DNA of 62,358 nt, counting the filler, from Candidatus Delongbacteria bacterium (GTDB taxonomy: Bacteria; UBA4055), in NCBI GenBank assembly GCA_016937995.1. It is 4 parts of 4 records of this genome, joined end to end, with 100 filler letters (N's around TTAATTAATTAA, not from the genome) between each part and the next. Parts side by side here need not be neighbours in the genome. Positions count along the whole stretch, not along the records: positions 1 to 15,476 come from JAFGVM010000004.1; 3 more parts are not named here. One strand, written 5' to 3'. The notes under the pieces are model-generated. The model saw only the letters and a list, made by a program, of their open reading frames with translations. It did not search any database and was not told the DNA's origin. Below, piece after piece: positions 1 to 9,025 of this stretch. Within the stretch, counting starts at the first letter, position 1. The number at the start of each line of letters is the position of its first letter. Position numbers and translations under genes: made by a program.

Positions 1-357
1 GTAATTCTTGTTCAGAACTCCCTTTAAAGAAACATTTTCCTTTTCGATCTCTATCATCGCTTCGTCAATTATAATGCCGATCTCAGGTTTTTTCGCGTTG
101 TCCTGTAGGTGCTTCCATCTTGCTTTTTGAGGCACCCAGAAAATATTTTCAGAAGAATATTCGTCCCTGTCCTCTTCAAAGCCTTCGCCCTCTTTTACAA
201 GCTGATTATATTTTTCCTCAAAAGTGTCTGAAATATATTTTAAAAATATAAGTCCGAGAACCACATGCTTGTATTCCGCCGGATCGAGATTATTTCGCAT
301 CTTGTCAGCCGCAAGCCACAATTTTTCTTCAAAATTTATGTTGTCATTATTTGCCAT
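1..357 (-). CDS. hsdM: Type I restriction-modification M subunit, N-terminal part (runs off window start)
   Basis: Not in ORF track. Manual translation from ATG at 357: MANNDNINFEEKLWLAADKMRNNLDPAEYKHVVLGLIFLKYISDTFEEKY...IFWVPQKARW, the HsdM N-terminal signature. Confidence 0.93.
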   Translation of the reverse strand, partial: MANNDNINFEEKLWLAADKMRNNLDPAEYKHVVLGLIFLKYISDTFEEKYNQLVKEGEGFEEDRDEYSSENIFWVPQKARWKHLQDNAKKPEIGIIIDEAMIEIEKENVSLKGVLNKNY

Positions 358-558
358 TAGAAAACCTTCTTAATTTTTTGAGTAAACAATTTTGATCACC
401 AAGCTAGATGAATCAGTAAGATTATGTATAAAATACATAAGTTTATATACTAACTTAATTTAAACAAAATTGCAATTAGATAATTGTGGGATTGAAAAAA
501 AGATTTACAACCGTTATGGAACTTATGGAACTTGTAGAGCTGGGAAGGAAGTAAAGTA

Positions 559-1731
559 TTAAAACAACCACTCCACTCTCGCAGAATACTTTAAATAACT
601 CCCTTCAGAACTGTCAATTCCCTGAATATAAAGTATTGTATTCATATTCTGCAGCATGTTATAAAAATACTGAATCGAACCTAGTGTCATTTCATTTTTA
701 ATATCATAGACCAGTGAAGTAGATATCCTTGTCAGATCATTGACAGAATAGCTAACCGATCCGAATATATCATGCTCTCCCCAGTAACTGTATTCCCAGT
801 CAGATTGTTTATACAAATATTCCAGATTGAAGAACCATTTGTTTTCTATTGAATAATCTGTCCCGATCATACCCTCAAAGTATGATCTCTTTTGCCCTGA
901 TAAATAATGCAGTACTACCTCTCCGTACAACCCGACCTCAATATCACCTTTGAAAGCTACTCCGGAAAGCAATTCATCACTGAATGACGGATCTTCCTGG
1001 GCATTTTTATAGATCCCAAGTAAGCTTATATCAATGTTATTTATTGTGTTAAAATACTTTATCGCTGTAGAGTGGATTTTATCTGAGTACGGAAACTCTG
1101 AAATAATATCTATACCGCTTAAGCTTGAAATCGGTATTTGAAGATCAACAATATCCGATCCTCTACGACGGAAATTAATATCGCTTAGTTCCACTGTGGA
1201 AAAAACATCTGCCGGAGAAAAAAATACTCCCTTTCCAAAATTAATGATCTGCCTTCCAACAGTCAGATCAGCTAAAGGAAAATAAACCGAGAAATAAAAT
1301 TTCCTGAGATCAAAAAGAACAGGAACTTCGTCAATTGAAAATAACTCAACATTACCCGATGATGTACTAAGTTTAATGTCAGAAATATTAGTGAAAAAAT
1401 ACTCTTCAACCGATCCACCGTAGGGAACAATAACATCAAATGCACTTTCAAATTTACCAAAATTGAATTTTCTTTTAGTAGTCAAAGAAAAAGAACTAAC
1501 TCCCGCAAAATCAAATTCATCATTATTATCTGTAACAATGCTCTGGATCAAACCCAGATCAGAAAACACAGAAACTTTGAATTGAATCCCTGCTGAGAAA
1601 ATGGAAGAAATATTAAATATCATTATCAACGACAATATTGAAGAAACACCAAGACCGTACAGACGCACTACCAATGCGTCTCGTAAAAAACACGCACAAA
1701 AAACAATATTTCTTACAAGCAATTTCATCAA
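559..1731 (-). CDS. Putative outer-membrane beta-barrel protein of the Lol-like operon
   Basis: GRQIINFGKG..FSPADVF motif, alternating aromatic strands, C-terminal Phe, directly downstream of the LolA-like gene. Start uncertain. Confidence 0.6.
   Translation of the reverse strand: MMKLLVRNIVFCACFLRDALVVRLYGLGVSSILSLIMIFNISSIFSAGIQFKVSVFSDLGLIQSIVTDNNDEFDFAGVSSFSLTTKRKFNFGKFESAFDVIVPYGGSVEEYFFTNISDIKLSTSSGNVELFSIDEVPVLFDLRKFYFSVYFPLADLTVGRQIINFGKGVFFSPADVFSTVELSDINFRRRGSDIVDLQIPISSLSGIDIISEFPYSDKIHSTAIKYFNTINNIDISLLGIYKNAQEDPSFSDELLSGVAFKGDIEVGLYGEVVLHYLSGQKRSYFEGMIGTDYSIENKWFFNLEYLYKQSDWEYSYWGEHDIFGSVSYSVNDLTRISTSLVYDIKNEMTLGSIQYFYNMLQNMNTILYIQGIDSSEGSYLKYSARVEWLF
1657..1681. repeat. REP-like palindrome inside the 5' end of the CDS
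   Basis: GTAC-AGACGCA-ctaccaa-TGCGTCT, 7-bp perfect arms. Confidence 0.55.
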
Positions 1732-1733
1732 GG

Positions 1734-2474
1734 CTATTTCCTTAAATTTCTCATAGTAAAAATATCCTTCTCAAACACAACGTCAAACTTAAGATCACTC
1801 ATAGTAAATACAGTTTTACTATTTTTTCTTAATTTATTTACCATTTCACTCTTTACCGGATATTTACGACCTGTTATCTCTGCTATTTCAAGAACAACAG
1901 ATTCTTTCAATAATTTGCCGGATTTAGCATACATTTCCTCTTTCAATCCCACAAAATCAACTTTGTCAACATACATGATCCTTTTATGGTATGGAGCATC
2001 TTTAACCTTTGCTTCGAGAGTGATCACATAGCAGTCTTTGTCACTGAATTTTTCTTCCCCGGTGATTGTTATATCATATTTCTCTGAAAGCAGATCATTC
2101 TCAAGAGCATCTTCATAGGATACATCACTACCCATCATCCCCTCTTTAAGCATATGACCTGAAATTTTAACAACATCTTCCTCCTCAGGAAAATATATCC
2201 AAAGGTTATCATCCAGCATCAGGTATTTTGTACCCTTATCTTCGGGATTAAGGAATTCAACAAGTGATTTTTTTCCTTCAAGCATTCCTTTTATGCTCAT
2301 TGATTTCGTTCTGATCTTATCATCAATGTGTATCTCCATCAATGCATTGCACTTCATAGTTTTATAGTCTCTGTTAAAATCCATTTTTTTTAGTATTTCT
2401 TCACCTGTAAGAGCAAAGGTACTGGTCAAATATACAAGGATTATAACCGTAATCATTTTGAATATTATTTTCAT
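1734..2474 (-). CDS. Outer-membrane lipoprotein-sorting protein (LolA-like)
   Basis: Signal peptide; motifs KGTKYLM, LWIYFP, MMGSDVSYED, G.LLKE typical of the LolA-like family; ABC operon context. Confidence 0.85.
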   Translation of the reverse strand: MKIIFKMITVIILVYLTSTFALTGEEILKKMDFNRDYKTMKCNALMEIHIDDKIRTKSMSIKGMLEGKKSLVEFLNPEDKGTKYLMLDDNLWIYFPEEEDVVKISGHMLKEGMMGSDVSYEDALENDLLSEKYDITITGEEKFSDKDCYVITLEAKVKDAPYHKRIMYVDKVDFVGLKEEMYAKSGKLLKESVVLEIAEITGRKYPVKSEMVNKLRKNSKTVFTMSDLKFDVVFEKDIFTMRNLRK

Positions 2475-2493
2475 TTGTTCTCCTTTTTATCCC

Positions 2494-2577
2494 TAGCGGG
2501 AAGGCATAGGAACCTTCCCGCTACGGAAAAATTCTCCATTCTCCATTGCATGGGAACGGTTTGAAACCGTTCCCTAC
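2494..2577 (-). repeat. Pair of GTAG-type REP palindromes
   Basis: Minus strand reads GTAG-GGAACGGTTT-C-AAACCGTTCC and GTAG-CGGGAAGG-ttcctatg-CCTTCCCG, separated by (ATTCTCC)x2 on the plus strand. Confidence 0.7.
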
Positions 2578-3833
2578 ACAACCTTGATCGAATCCACAAC
2601 ATTCATCTTCGCAGCTCTTCTTGACGGCAGTATCGAAACCAGTGAAGATATCAGAGTTCCGAGTAACAATGACTTCATAACCGAACTTATGCTGATAGTG
2701 AAGAATATAACATTATCCACAGGGAAATTTTTCACACCTGCAAGCATCTTTGTAAGATCAAGTCCGTTAATGTTGATAATACTGATGATAATGATACCCA
2801 GAATGGTTCCGACCAGACTGCCCAAAAATCCCATTATCATGCCTTCAGTGAGAAAAAGCATAAGTATTTCTCTTCCCTTTAGCCCCATAGATTTGAGAAT
2901 ACCTATCTCATGTCTTCGTTCAAGTACGACCATAGTCATAATATTACCTATGATGAAAGCACCGAGAAGTGCTATTATAAAATATATCCAGTTGTATATT
3001 CCGGATACCATCTCCATATAGTCATAATTGCTGCTGATCTTTGTCCATGTATCTACTGAAAGCTCATCATTTTTCAGTATCATAGAGATAAATCCTGCTA
3101 TCTTTTCAGAATCCTTATAATCTTTCAGCATGATGATTATCTGCTGAACTGAATTATCTGATCTGAGAAGTTTTTGAGCATCTTTTAAGCCTATCTGAAA
3201 GAAATTATCATCCATTGTTTTTAGACCGGTATCGAAAATACCTACAATAGTGAATTTTCTGAGATGAAGTGCATAATCAGCACCCTGTGTCATGACTTTC
3301 ACCTCATCGCCGAGCTTATATTTTAAAGTTTCAGCAAGACCTTTTCCTATGATCATCTCCCTTTCATTTTCAAGATATCTGCCCTCTTTAATTGATTTGT
3401 AGAGCATAGAAAGATCTTTTTCTTTCTTTGAGTCTCCCGAAATTGCCATAGCTGTCTTATTGTTACCTTCATTACTTAAAAGCACACCGAAATTCGTTCT
3501 TTCAGTTATAAGCTCAATATTCTCTGATATACTCCGGTCGGCCATAATAGTGCCAATGATCTTATCAGGTTCCTGAAGATTTTCTGTTACTGACATAAAT
3601 TTAGACTTTTCTTTGAATTTTTTTGTGGATATTCTTATATGACCTGTCTCGTTCCTCGTAGTATTTTTAACCATTGAATCAAGAATGCCTCCAATAAATC
3701 CCTGCATGAAAACTATCAGTGTCAGGGCAAGCGTGACCGAAATTATAGCAAGCAGTGACCTCCGTTTATTCCTTTTAACATTTCTTGCAGCTGTTTTAAA
3801 TATAAAATTCATGTTATTAACCTCATTAAACAA
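2574..3833 (-). CDS. ABC transporter permease, FtsX/LolE-like
   Basis: ARNVKRNKRRS N-terminus, periplasmic domain, ERRHEIGILKSMG motif. Likely start at the second Met (MNFIFK). Confidence 0.92.
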   Translation of the reverse strand: MFNEVNNMNFIFKTAARNVKRNKRRSLLAIISVTLALTLIVFMQGFIGGILDSMVKNTTRNETGHIRISTKKFKEKSKFMSVTENLQEPDKIIGTIMADRSISENIELITERTNFGVLLSNEGNNKTAMAISGDSKKEKDLSMLYKSIKEGRYLENEREMIIGKGLAETLKYKLGDEVKVMTQGADYALHLRKFTIVGIFDTGLKTMDDNFFQIGLKDAQKLLRSDNSVQQIIIMLKDYKDSEKIAGFISMILKNDELSVDTWTKISSNYDYMEMVSGIYNWIYFIIALLGAFIIGNIMTMVVLERRHEIGILKSMGLKGREILMLFLTEGMIMGFLGSLVGTILGIIIISIININGLDLTKMLAGVKNFPVDNVIFFTISISSVMKSLLLGTLISSLVSILPSRRAAKMNVVDSIKVV

Positions 3834-5079
3834 ATCTTAGAGCATCGGTTATACTCATTTTCGCCGCTTTGCGTGCAGGAATTACTGCAGCTGCTGTTGC
3901 AACGACTATTCCGAAGATAAAGGCTGCGATTATCATATCAATATTCCACTGACCGTAAAGTGTTCCCCAGATAGGAAAGCCTGAAGCATCCATATTACCT
4001 GCAAATTTGTCTATAGGATATCCGTAGTTAACAAGGAAATAATTTCCTATACAACCAAGTATAACTCCGAAAGTACTCCCTAGAATACCTGTAATTGTTC
4101 CTTCAAGCATAAAAAGAACTGTCAGATCGAAGGGTTTAAATCCATGTGCTCTAAGAACACCTATTTCCTTTATTCTTTCATAAACGCTCATTAAAACCGT
4201 ATTGAAAATTCCCACAGCTGCTATAAGTAGAATTACAATGATAAATACCCAGCTCCATGCCTGTTTCTGATCCTTCAGATTGAGAAAATCCGCAGCCATT
4301 TCTTCAAAAGTCAGCACTTTCAGACCTTTGAAATTCTTTTCCAGGTCAGACTTAATACTTTCCATGATCTCTATTTCCGATTCAAAATCATTCTGTTTAT
4401 TAATCGAAACATTCAATTCTGTTATCATATTTTCCAGATCAAGAAATTCATTAGCGACCTGATAAGTTATATAAGCTGAACTATTGTTTATCGAAGGATC
4501 GGTTGTTTTTAAGATTCCGATAACTTTAAAATCATCAGCATTTCTGCTGTCGTATTTAGTAAGTGCGTAAAAAGTAATGTAGTCACCCAAAGAGACCCCC
4601 ATTTCTTCTGCAAGTTCAGTTCCAAGGATAATCTCATTCATACTTACTGAAGAGAAATATGAGCCTGAGAGCTTTTCAGTCAGCTTAAACACTTCGGCAT
4701 CTTTGGCAGGATCGATTACATGACCTATTACCGGTTTTACTTCGGTATAATTTGACAGCTCAGCCAAAAATACAATTCTGGGTGCAACACCTGTCACTTC
4801 GGGAAGTTTTAAAATATGTTCTTCAAGTCCCTTATGATTTTTCAGTCCGTATTTAAAAGGATATGAGTTCTTTTCTTTAAAATATTGTGCAGTATGAATT
4901 TTAACCGAGGATGTACTTAGCTGTATAAGATTGTCCGTAGCTCCTTTATCCATTCCGTTCATGACTGAATCCATGAATATAAAGAACAGCAGCCCTACGG
5001 CAATAATGAGAGCAGAAGTAAAAGTCCGTCTTTTATTCCGCAAAATATTTCTGAAGGCTATTTTAAATAAAGTTCCCAT
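3826..5079 (-). CDS. ABC transporter permease, FtsX/LolC-like
   Basis: AFRNILRNKRRT, ERIKEIGVLRAHG, PARKAAKM..DALR. Confidence 0.92.
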   Translation of the reverse strand: MGTLFKIAFRNILRNKRRTFTSALIIAVGLLFFIFMDSVMNGMDKGATDNLIQLSTSSVKIHTAQYFKEKNSYPFKYGLKNHKGLEEHILKLPEVTGVAPRIVFLAELSNYTEVKPVIGHVIDPAKDAEVFKLTEKLSGSYFSSVSMNEIILGTELAEEMGVSLGDYITFYALTKYDSRNADDFKVIGILKTTDPSINNSSAYITYQVANEFLDLENMITELNVSINKQNDFESEIEIMESIKSDLEKNFKGLKVLTFEEMAADFLNLKDQKQAWSWVFIIVILLIAAVGIFNTVLMSVYERIKEIGVLRAHGFKPFDLTVLFMLEGTITGILGSTFGVILGCIGNYFLVNYGYPIDKFAGNMDASGFPIWGTLYGQWNIDMIIAAFIFGIVVATAAAVIPARKAAKMSITDALRFV

Positions 5080-5081
5080 AA

Positions 5082-5768
5082 TTAAAACCTCTCGTCGGAG
5101 AATATCATACCATCTTTAAGAATAATTTTCCTTTTTGCATGTTTTTCAACCAGATGATCATGAGTTGAGAAAATGAAAGTTGTGTTGTTATCCTTGTTCA
5201 TTTTCTGCATTATTGAAATGATTTCTTCCGACAATTTCGAATCAAGATTTGCAGTAGGTTCATCCGCAAGAACCACAAGAGGATTTTTGACCAATGCACG
5301 AGCGATAGCGACCCTCTGCTCCTGACCACCCGATATTTCACCCGGAAGCCTGTGAGCCATATCTTTAAGACCAACCATTTCAATTATTTTCATGGCTTTT
5401 TCCGAGATCTCTTTCTTTGTGAATTTCTTTTCTATGACCAAAGGAAGTTCGACATTTTCTTTCACTGTAAGAACCGGGATCAAATTATATGACTGAAAGA
5501 TAAAAGCAATGTTGTCTTTTCTGTAGTCAGAGAGTTGATTTTCAGACAATGAGGCTAATGATTTACCATTGTACAGAACATTCCCAGTCGTAGGTGTATC
5601 AAGGCAACCGACAATATTCAATAAAGTAGATTTTCCACTGCCTGAAGGACCGACAATAGATAGAAAGTCGCCTTTTTCTATCTTTAGATCTATACCGCGA
5701 AGAGCATGAACCGTCTGCTCTTTCTCACCGTAAATTTTAATAACATTCTGCAATTCTAAGATCGACAT
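5082..5768 (-). CDS. ABC transporter ATP-binding protein (LolD/MacB-like)
   Basis: Walker A GPSGSGKS, signature SGGQEQRVAIARAL, Walker B LADEPT. Confidence 0.95.
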   Translation of the reverse strand: MSILELQNVIKIYGEKEQTVHALRGIDLKIEKGDFLSIVGPSGSGKSTLLNIVGCLDTPTTGNVLYNGKSLASLSENQLSDYRKDNIAFIFQSYNLIPVLTVKENVELPLVIEKKFTKKEISEKAMKIIEMVGLKDMAHRLPGEISGGQEQRVAIARALVKNPLVVLADEPTANLDSKLSEEIISIMQKMNKDNNTTFIFSTHDHLVEKHAKRKIILKDGMIFSDERF

Positions 5769-5770
5769 AT

Positions 5771-6451
5771 TTATCTCCTTCGAATAAATACATTAAGGAT
5801 ATCCTCATCGAACATCTTGATAACACCCTTCTTAACACCTAATAGTTTCTCTATTGAATTCTGATACATACGGAATTTTGTCTTTAACTTATCGTAACTG
5901 CCAGGTTCCGGATTATCTTTGCAAATATATTCAGCAAATTCATCTCTAATATAGATTCCTATGCTGAATATTATATCCGTTATAAATTCAGGATAGTCAG
6001 TATAAAACACACCCTCATTTACACCCTGCAAAACGACCTTTGAAAACTCTCCTGATGATACTTTTATGATATCCTGAATACTAAGTCTCAGCTTAATGTT
6101 TTCAGGTTTGTACATTGCTTTTGTCATTACTATCATTGCTTCAACATTATCTACTTTATAACTGCTGATATCATCGATGATCTTCTGAAATTTTTCAATT
6201 CCTGACAGATTTTTATCACAAGCAATACATTTTACTTTCTGAAGTATATTTTCTCCTTGCCTTTTAGTCAGCTGGTATAAAAGATCTTCTTTTGATTTAA
6301 AATAGTGATAAAATGTACCTTTAGCTATATTGACTACTTCGATAATGTTTGCTATAGAAGTGGCGTCGTAACCTTTTTGATAAAATAATTTCTGCGCAAT
6401 ATCAATTATTTCATTCTTTCTTTCTGAATATTCTTTAACTACTCTTGTCAT
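5771..6451 (-). CDS. TetR/AcrR family transcriptional regulator
   Basis: N-terminal HTH ...IAKGTFYHYFKSKEDL. Confidence 0.93.
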   Translation of the reverse strand: MTRVVKEYSERKNEIIDIAQKLFYQKGYDATSIANIIEVVNIAKGTFYHYFKSKEDLLYQLTKRQGENILQKVKCIACDKNLSGIEKFQKIIDDISSYKVDNVEAMIVMTKAMYKPENIKLRLSIQDIIKVSSGEFSKVVLQGVNEGVFYTDYPEFITDIIFSIGIYIRDEFAEYICKDNPEPGSYDKLKTKFRMYQNSIEKLLGVKKGVIKMFDEDILNVFIRRR

Positions 6452-6476
6452 GAATTGCCTTTACATTTTTTTACTC

Positions 6477-6491
6477 GACCGACCGTCGGTC
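6477..6491. promoter_or_regulatory. Putative TetR operator
   Basis: Perfect palindrome GACCGAC-C-GTCGGTC just downstream of a minus-strand TACAAT -10-like box, about 25 nt upstream of the TetR start. Confidence 0.7.
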
Positions 6492-6557
6492 TATTGTAAG
6501 TTACAAGTATTTTTGGGAGAATGCAAGAGAAAAAGGTGGCAAGAAATTTTTAAATAT

Positions 6558-6586
6558 AAAAAAGCCGATGCATTGCATCGGCTTTT
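6558..6586 (-). terminator. Intrinsic terminator of the cold-shock gene
   Basis: AAAAGCCGATGCA-T-TGCATCGGCTTTT with A/T tails. Confidence 0.85.
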
Positions 6587-6616
6587 AGTCAAATATATGT
6601 TACTACTTAAAGTTAC

Positions 6617-6820
6617 TTATATTGCTTTTACGTTATTCGCACATGGACCTTTCTGTCCTTCCCCAACTTCATACTCAACTTCCTGGCCATCTTTCAGTGT
6701 TGCGAAACCATCTGATTGAATTTCTGAATGATGAACAAACAAATCTTTTCCACCGTCATCTGGTGTGATGAATCCAAAACCTTTTTCGGAGCTGAACCAT
6801 TTTACTGTACCTTTACTCAT
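6617..6820 (-). CDS. cspA: Cold-shock protein
   Basis: KGTVKWF, KGFGFI (RNP1), DLFVHHS (RNP2). Paralog identity uncertain. Confidence 0.95.
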   Translation of the reverse strand: MSKGTVKWFSSEKGFGFITPDDGGKDLFVHHSEIQSDGFATLKDGQEVEYEVGEGQKGPCANNVKAI

Positions 6821-7012
6821 TTTACTTCCTTCTTTGTATTTGGTGAATTGTTATAAAATTTCAACTATCGCATTCACCGTTACGATGTTGAAATATTAGT
6901 TTTAGCATATTTAGATTGTTTTAAATTATGCAAATGCCAAAATAACTATATTTTTTAGAATAAGCAAGTATTATTTTGCAAATAAAATATGGACATTGAA
7001 AATACACCGATT

Positions 7013-7150
7013 TCAATTATCTATTGTTTTCTTCCAACTTTTATCTTTTCTGTTATAGACTGTTTTCGGTTGGATAACTTTTCCTTTCTTTCTGTTCATT
7101 CTTCTCAATTGTTTTATCAATTCCATTCTATCTATTGTTTTCTTAAACAT
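7013..7150 (-). CDS. Small basic protein (45 aa), possibly ArfA-like ribosome rescue factor
   Basis: Below the ORF-track cutoff. GGAG RBS before ATG; MFKKTIDRMELIKQLRRMNRKKGKVIQPKTVYNRKDKSWKKTIDN*. Confidence 0.6.
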   Translation of the reverse strand: MFKKTIDRMELIKQLRRMNRKKGKVIQPKTVYNRKDKSWKKTIDN

Positions 7151-7366
7151 ATTATTCTCCATTTCATCATTAAGAGTTAATTATTTTTTTACTGTTGAGT
7201 GCAGGATATTCCACAAACGTAAATTATTCTGCGGTAAATAACATAACATCCAAAATATTTATCATGGTGGTTGTGCGTGACCAATATGCGAATTATAGAA
7301 AGTGTGACTGAATGTAACTAAAATTCACTGTTAATGCAAGTTTTAACTTACAACAATTGATGTCGG

Positions 7367-8098
7367 TTATTTTTTACCAAGTATGAAAACTCTTCCTGCA
7401 GGCTCAAATCCAATATCATTTAACCTGATCCTGAATTCTTCAGCCTCATTAATTAGAGCGCTGTATTTTTCACTTTGATGAATTCTTGCAACATACATAT
7501 CAATAGCTTTGTTCAGATGATCCAGTGTCTCCTTTGATTTCGGGTCAGATCCGTCACTTGGAAAAGAATAAGTAAATTTTTTAACATCTCTTAAATTTAA
7601 CGAGTTCACTATGTTAAACAGATCATCACTTTTAAAGGTTTCATTATGAACTATACCGTTAAGTGTATCGATCTCTCCCCACCAGTGATGAAGTTTAACA
7701 TGCGTCATCTGCTCTTCTCTCTGACCAGGATCCGAATGCATTTCTGAAATGATCAAATATCCGTTTTTCTTTAATACTCTATGCATTTCACTTAAAACCT
7801 TGAATGGATCTTCAAAATGATGAAGTGAGTTTGAAATTGTTACAGTATCAAAACTGCTATCGTCATAATTTAAGCCGGTAGCATCCTGAATCTCAAAAAA
7901 GATATTTTCTTTTTCTTTGAATTTTTCTCTGGCAGAACCGATAGCCCTTTCATTAAAATCCACGCCGGTTATTGTTTTAAAACTTTTAAATGATGCCTCC
8001 AGGGAGTATGCGAACTCACCTCCACCTGTTGCAATATCAAGGATATCTCCAGCGTTGATATCCTTTAATATTTTTGTAATTCTTTCCAAGTCGTTCAT
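7367..8098 (-). CDS. Class I SAM-dependent methyltransferase (UbiE-like)
   Basis: ILDIATGGG motif I, SFDTVTISNSLHH, RVLKKNG. Confidence 0.9.
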   Translation of the reverse strand: MNDLERITKILKDINAGDILDIATGGGEFAYSLEASFKSFKTITGVDFNERAIGSAREKFKEKENIFFEIQDATGLNYDDSSFDTVTISNSLHHFEDPFKVLSEMHRVLKKNGYLIISEMHSDPGQREEQMTHVKLHHWWGEIDTLNGIVHNETFKSDDLFNIVNSLNLRDVKKFTYSFPSDGSDPKSKETLDHLNKAIDMYVARIHQSEKYSALINEAEEFRIRLNDIGFEPAGRVFILGKK

Positions 8099-8376
8099 AT
8101 AATGTGATCTCCATATTTTAATTTCATTGTAATTTACAGTAAAAAGAAATTGATGTCATAGAATTTCGACAAACCAATATTTTTGGGGAACGATCTACCA
8201 TATTTTAAGACGGTAAGCATTTACAGATAATAATTTCAACGTCCTGAGTTATCTGTTTTTTTTGTATTTATATGATCATTTTATCGTTGACTTTGACATA
8301 AGTAGAACATAACTTTATTAAGTTAATGAAGTGAATTATATTATATAACTACGAACGAACACATAAGGAGCAAAAT

Positions 8377-8955
8377 ATGTCAGTAGACGGTCAAGAAAAA
8401 GTTAAACCTGTTATTGATGAATGTGAAGAAAAAATGCTTAAAGCAATATCTCATCTAAAACACGAATTTGAAAGAATAAGAGCCGGTAAAGCAACTCCTC
8501 ACACACTTGATGCAGTGAAAGTTGATTCTTACGGAGCACTTGTACCTTTAAATCAGGTTGCAAACGTGGCAATTCCGGAAGCAAGGTTGATCGTTATTAC
8601 TCCATGGGATAAAAATCAGATTAAAGCTATCGAGAAAGGAATCATTAACGCTAATCTTGGATTTAATCCTATGAGTGACGGAAATGTAGTTAGAGTAAAT
8701 ATTCCAGCGCTTACGGAAGAAAGCAGACTGGAGCTTGTTAAAGATGTGAAGAGAGAAGGTGAAAATTCAAAAATCACAGTAAGGAATGCCCGTAAAGATG
8801 CGAATTCTGAACTGGATCATTTAACAAAACATGAGGGTGTCAGTGAGAACAGAAGGGACAATGAAAAGGAACATGTCCAGAAAATGACTGACAAGTACAA
8901 TAAAGAAATTGATGAACTTATCAAAGCTAAAGAAAAAGACATTATGACCATTTAA
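8377..8955 (+). CDS. frr: Ribosome recycling factor
   Basis: IRAGKATP..LD.VKVDSYG, PALTEESR, VRNARKDAN, KEKDIMTI; AAGGAG RBS. Confidence 0.97.
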   Translation: MSVDGQEKVKPVIDECEEKMLKAISHLKHEFERIRAGKATPHTLDAVKVDSYGALVPLNQVANVAIPEARLIVITPWDKNQIKAIEKGIINANLGFNPMSDGNVVRVNIPALTEESRLELVKDVKREGENSKITVRNARKDANSELDHLTKHEGVSENRRDNEKEHVQKMTDKYNKEIDELIKAKEKDIMTI

Positions 8956-8979
8956 TAAACACAGTTTTAAAAGTATGAC

Positions 8980-9009
8980 AAGGGCTCAATGTTTTGAGCC
9001 CTTTATTTT
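8980..9009 (+). terminator. Intrinsic terminator after frr
   Basis: AAGGGCTCAA-tgtt-TTGAGCCCTT followed by T-rich tail. Confidence 0.75.
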
Positions 9010-9025
9010 AATTTTGGGAAAAAAC

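Noticed and set aside
7190-7360. Possible riboswitch or leader RNA upstream of the small ORF
   Set aside because: No recognisable aptamer consensus or convincing stems.
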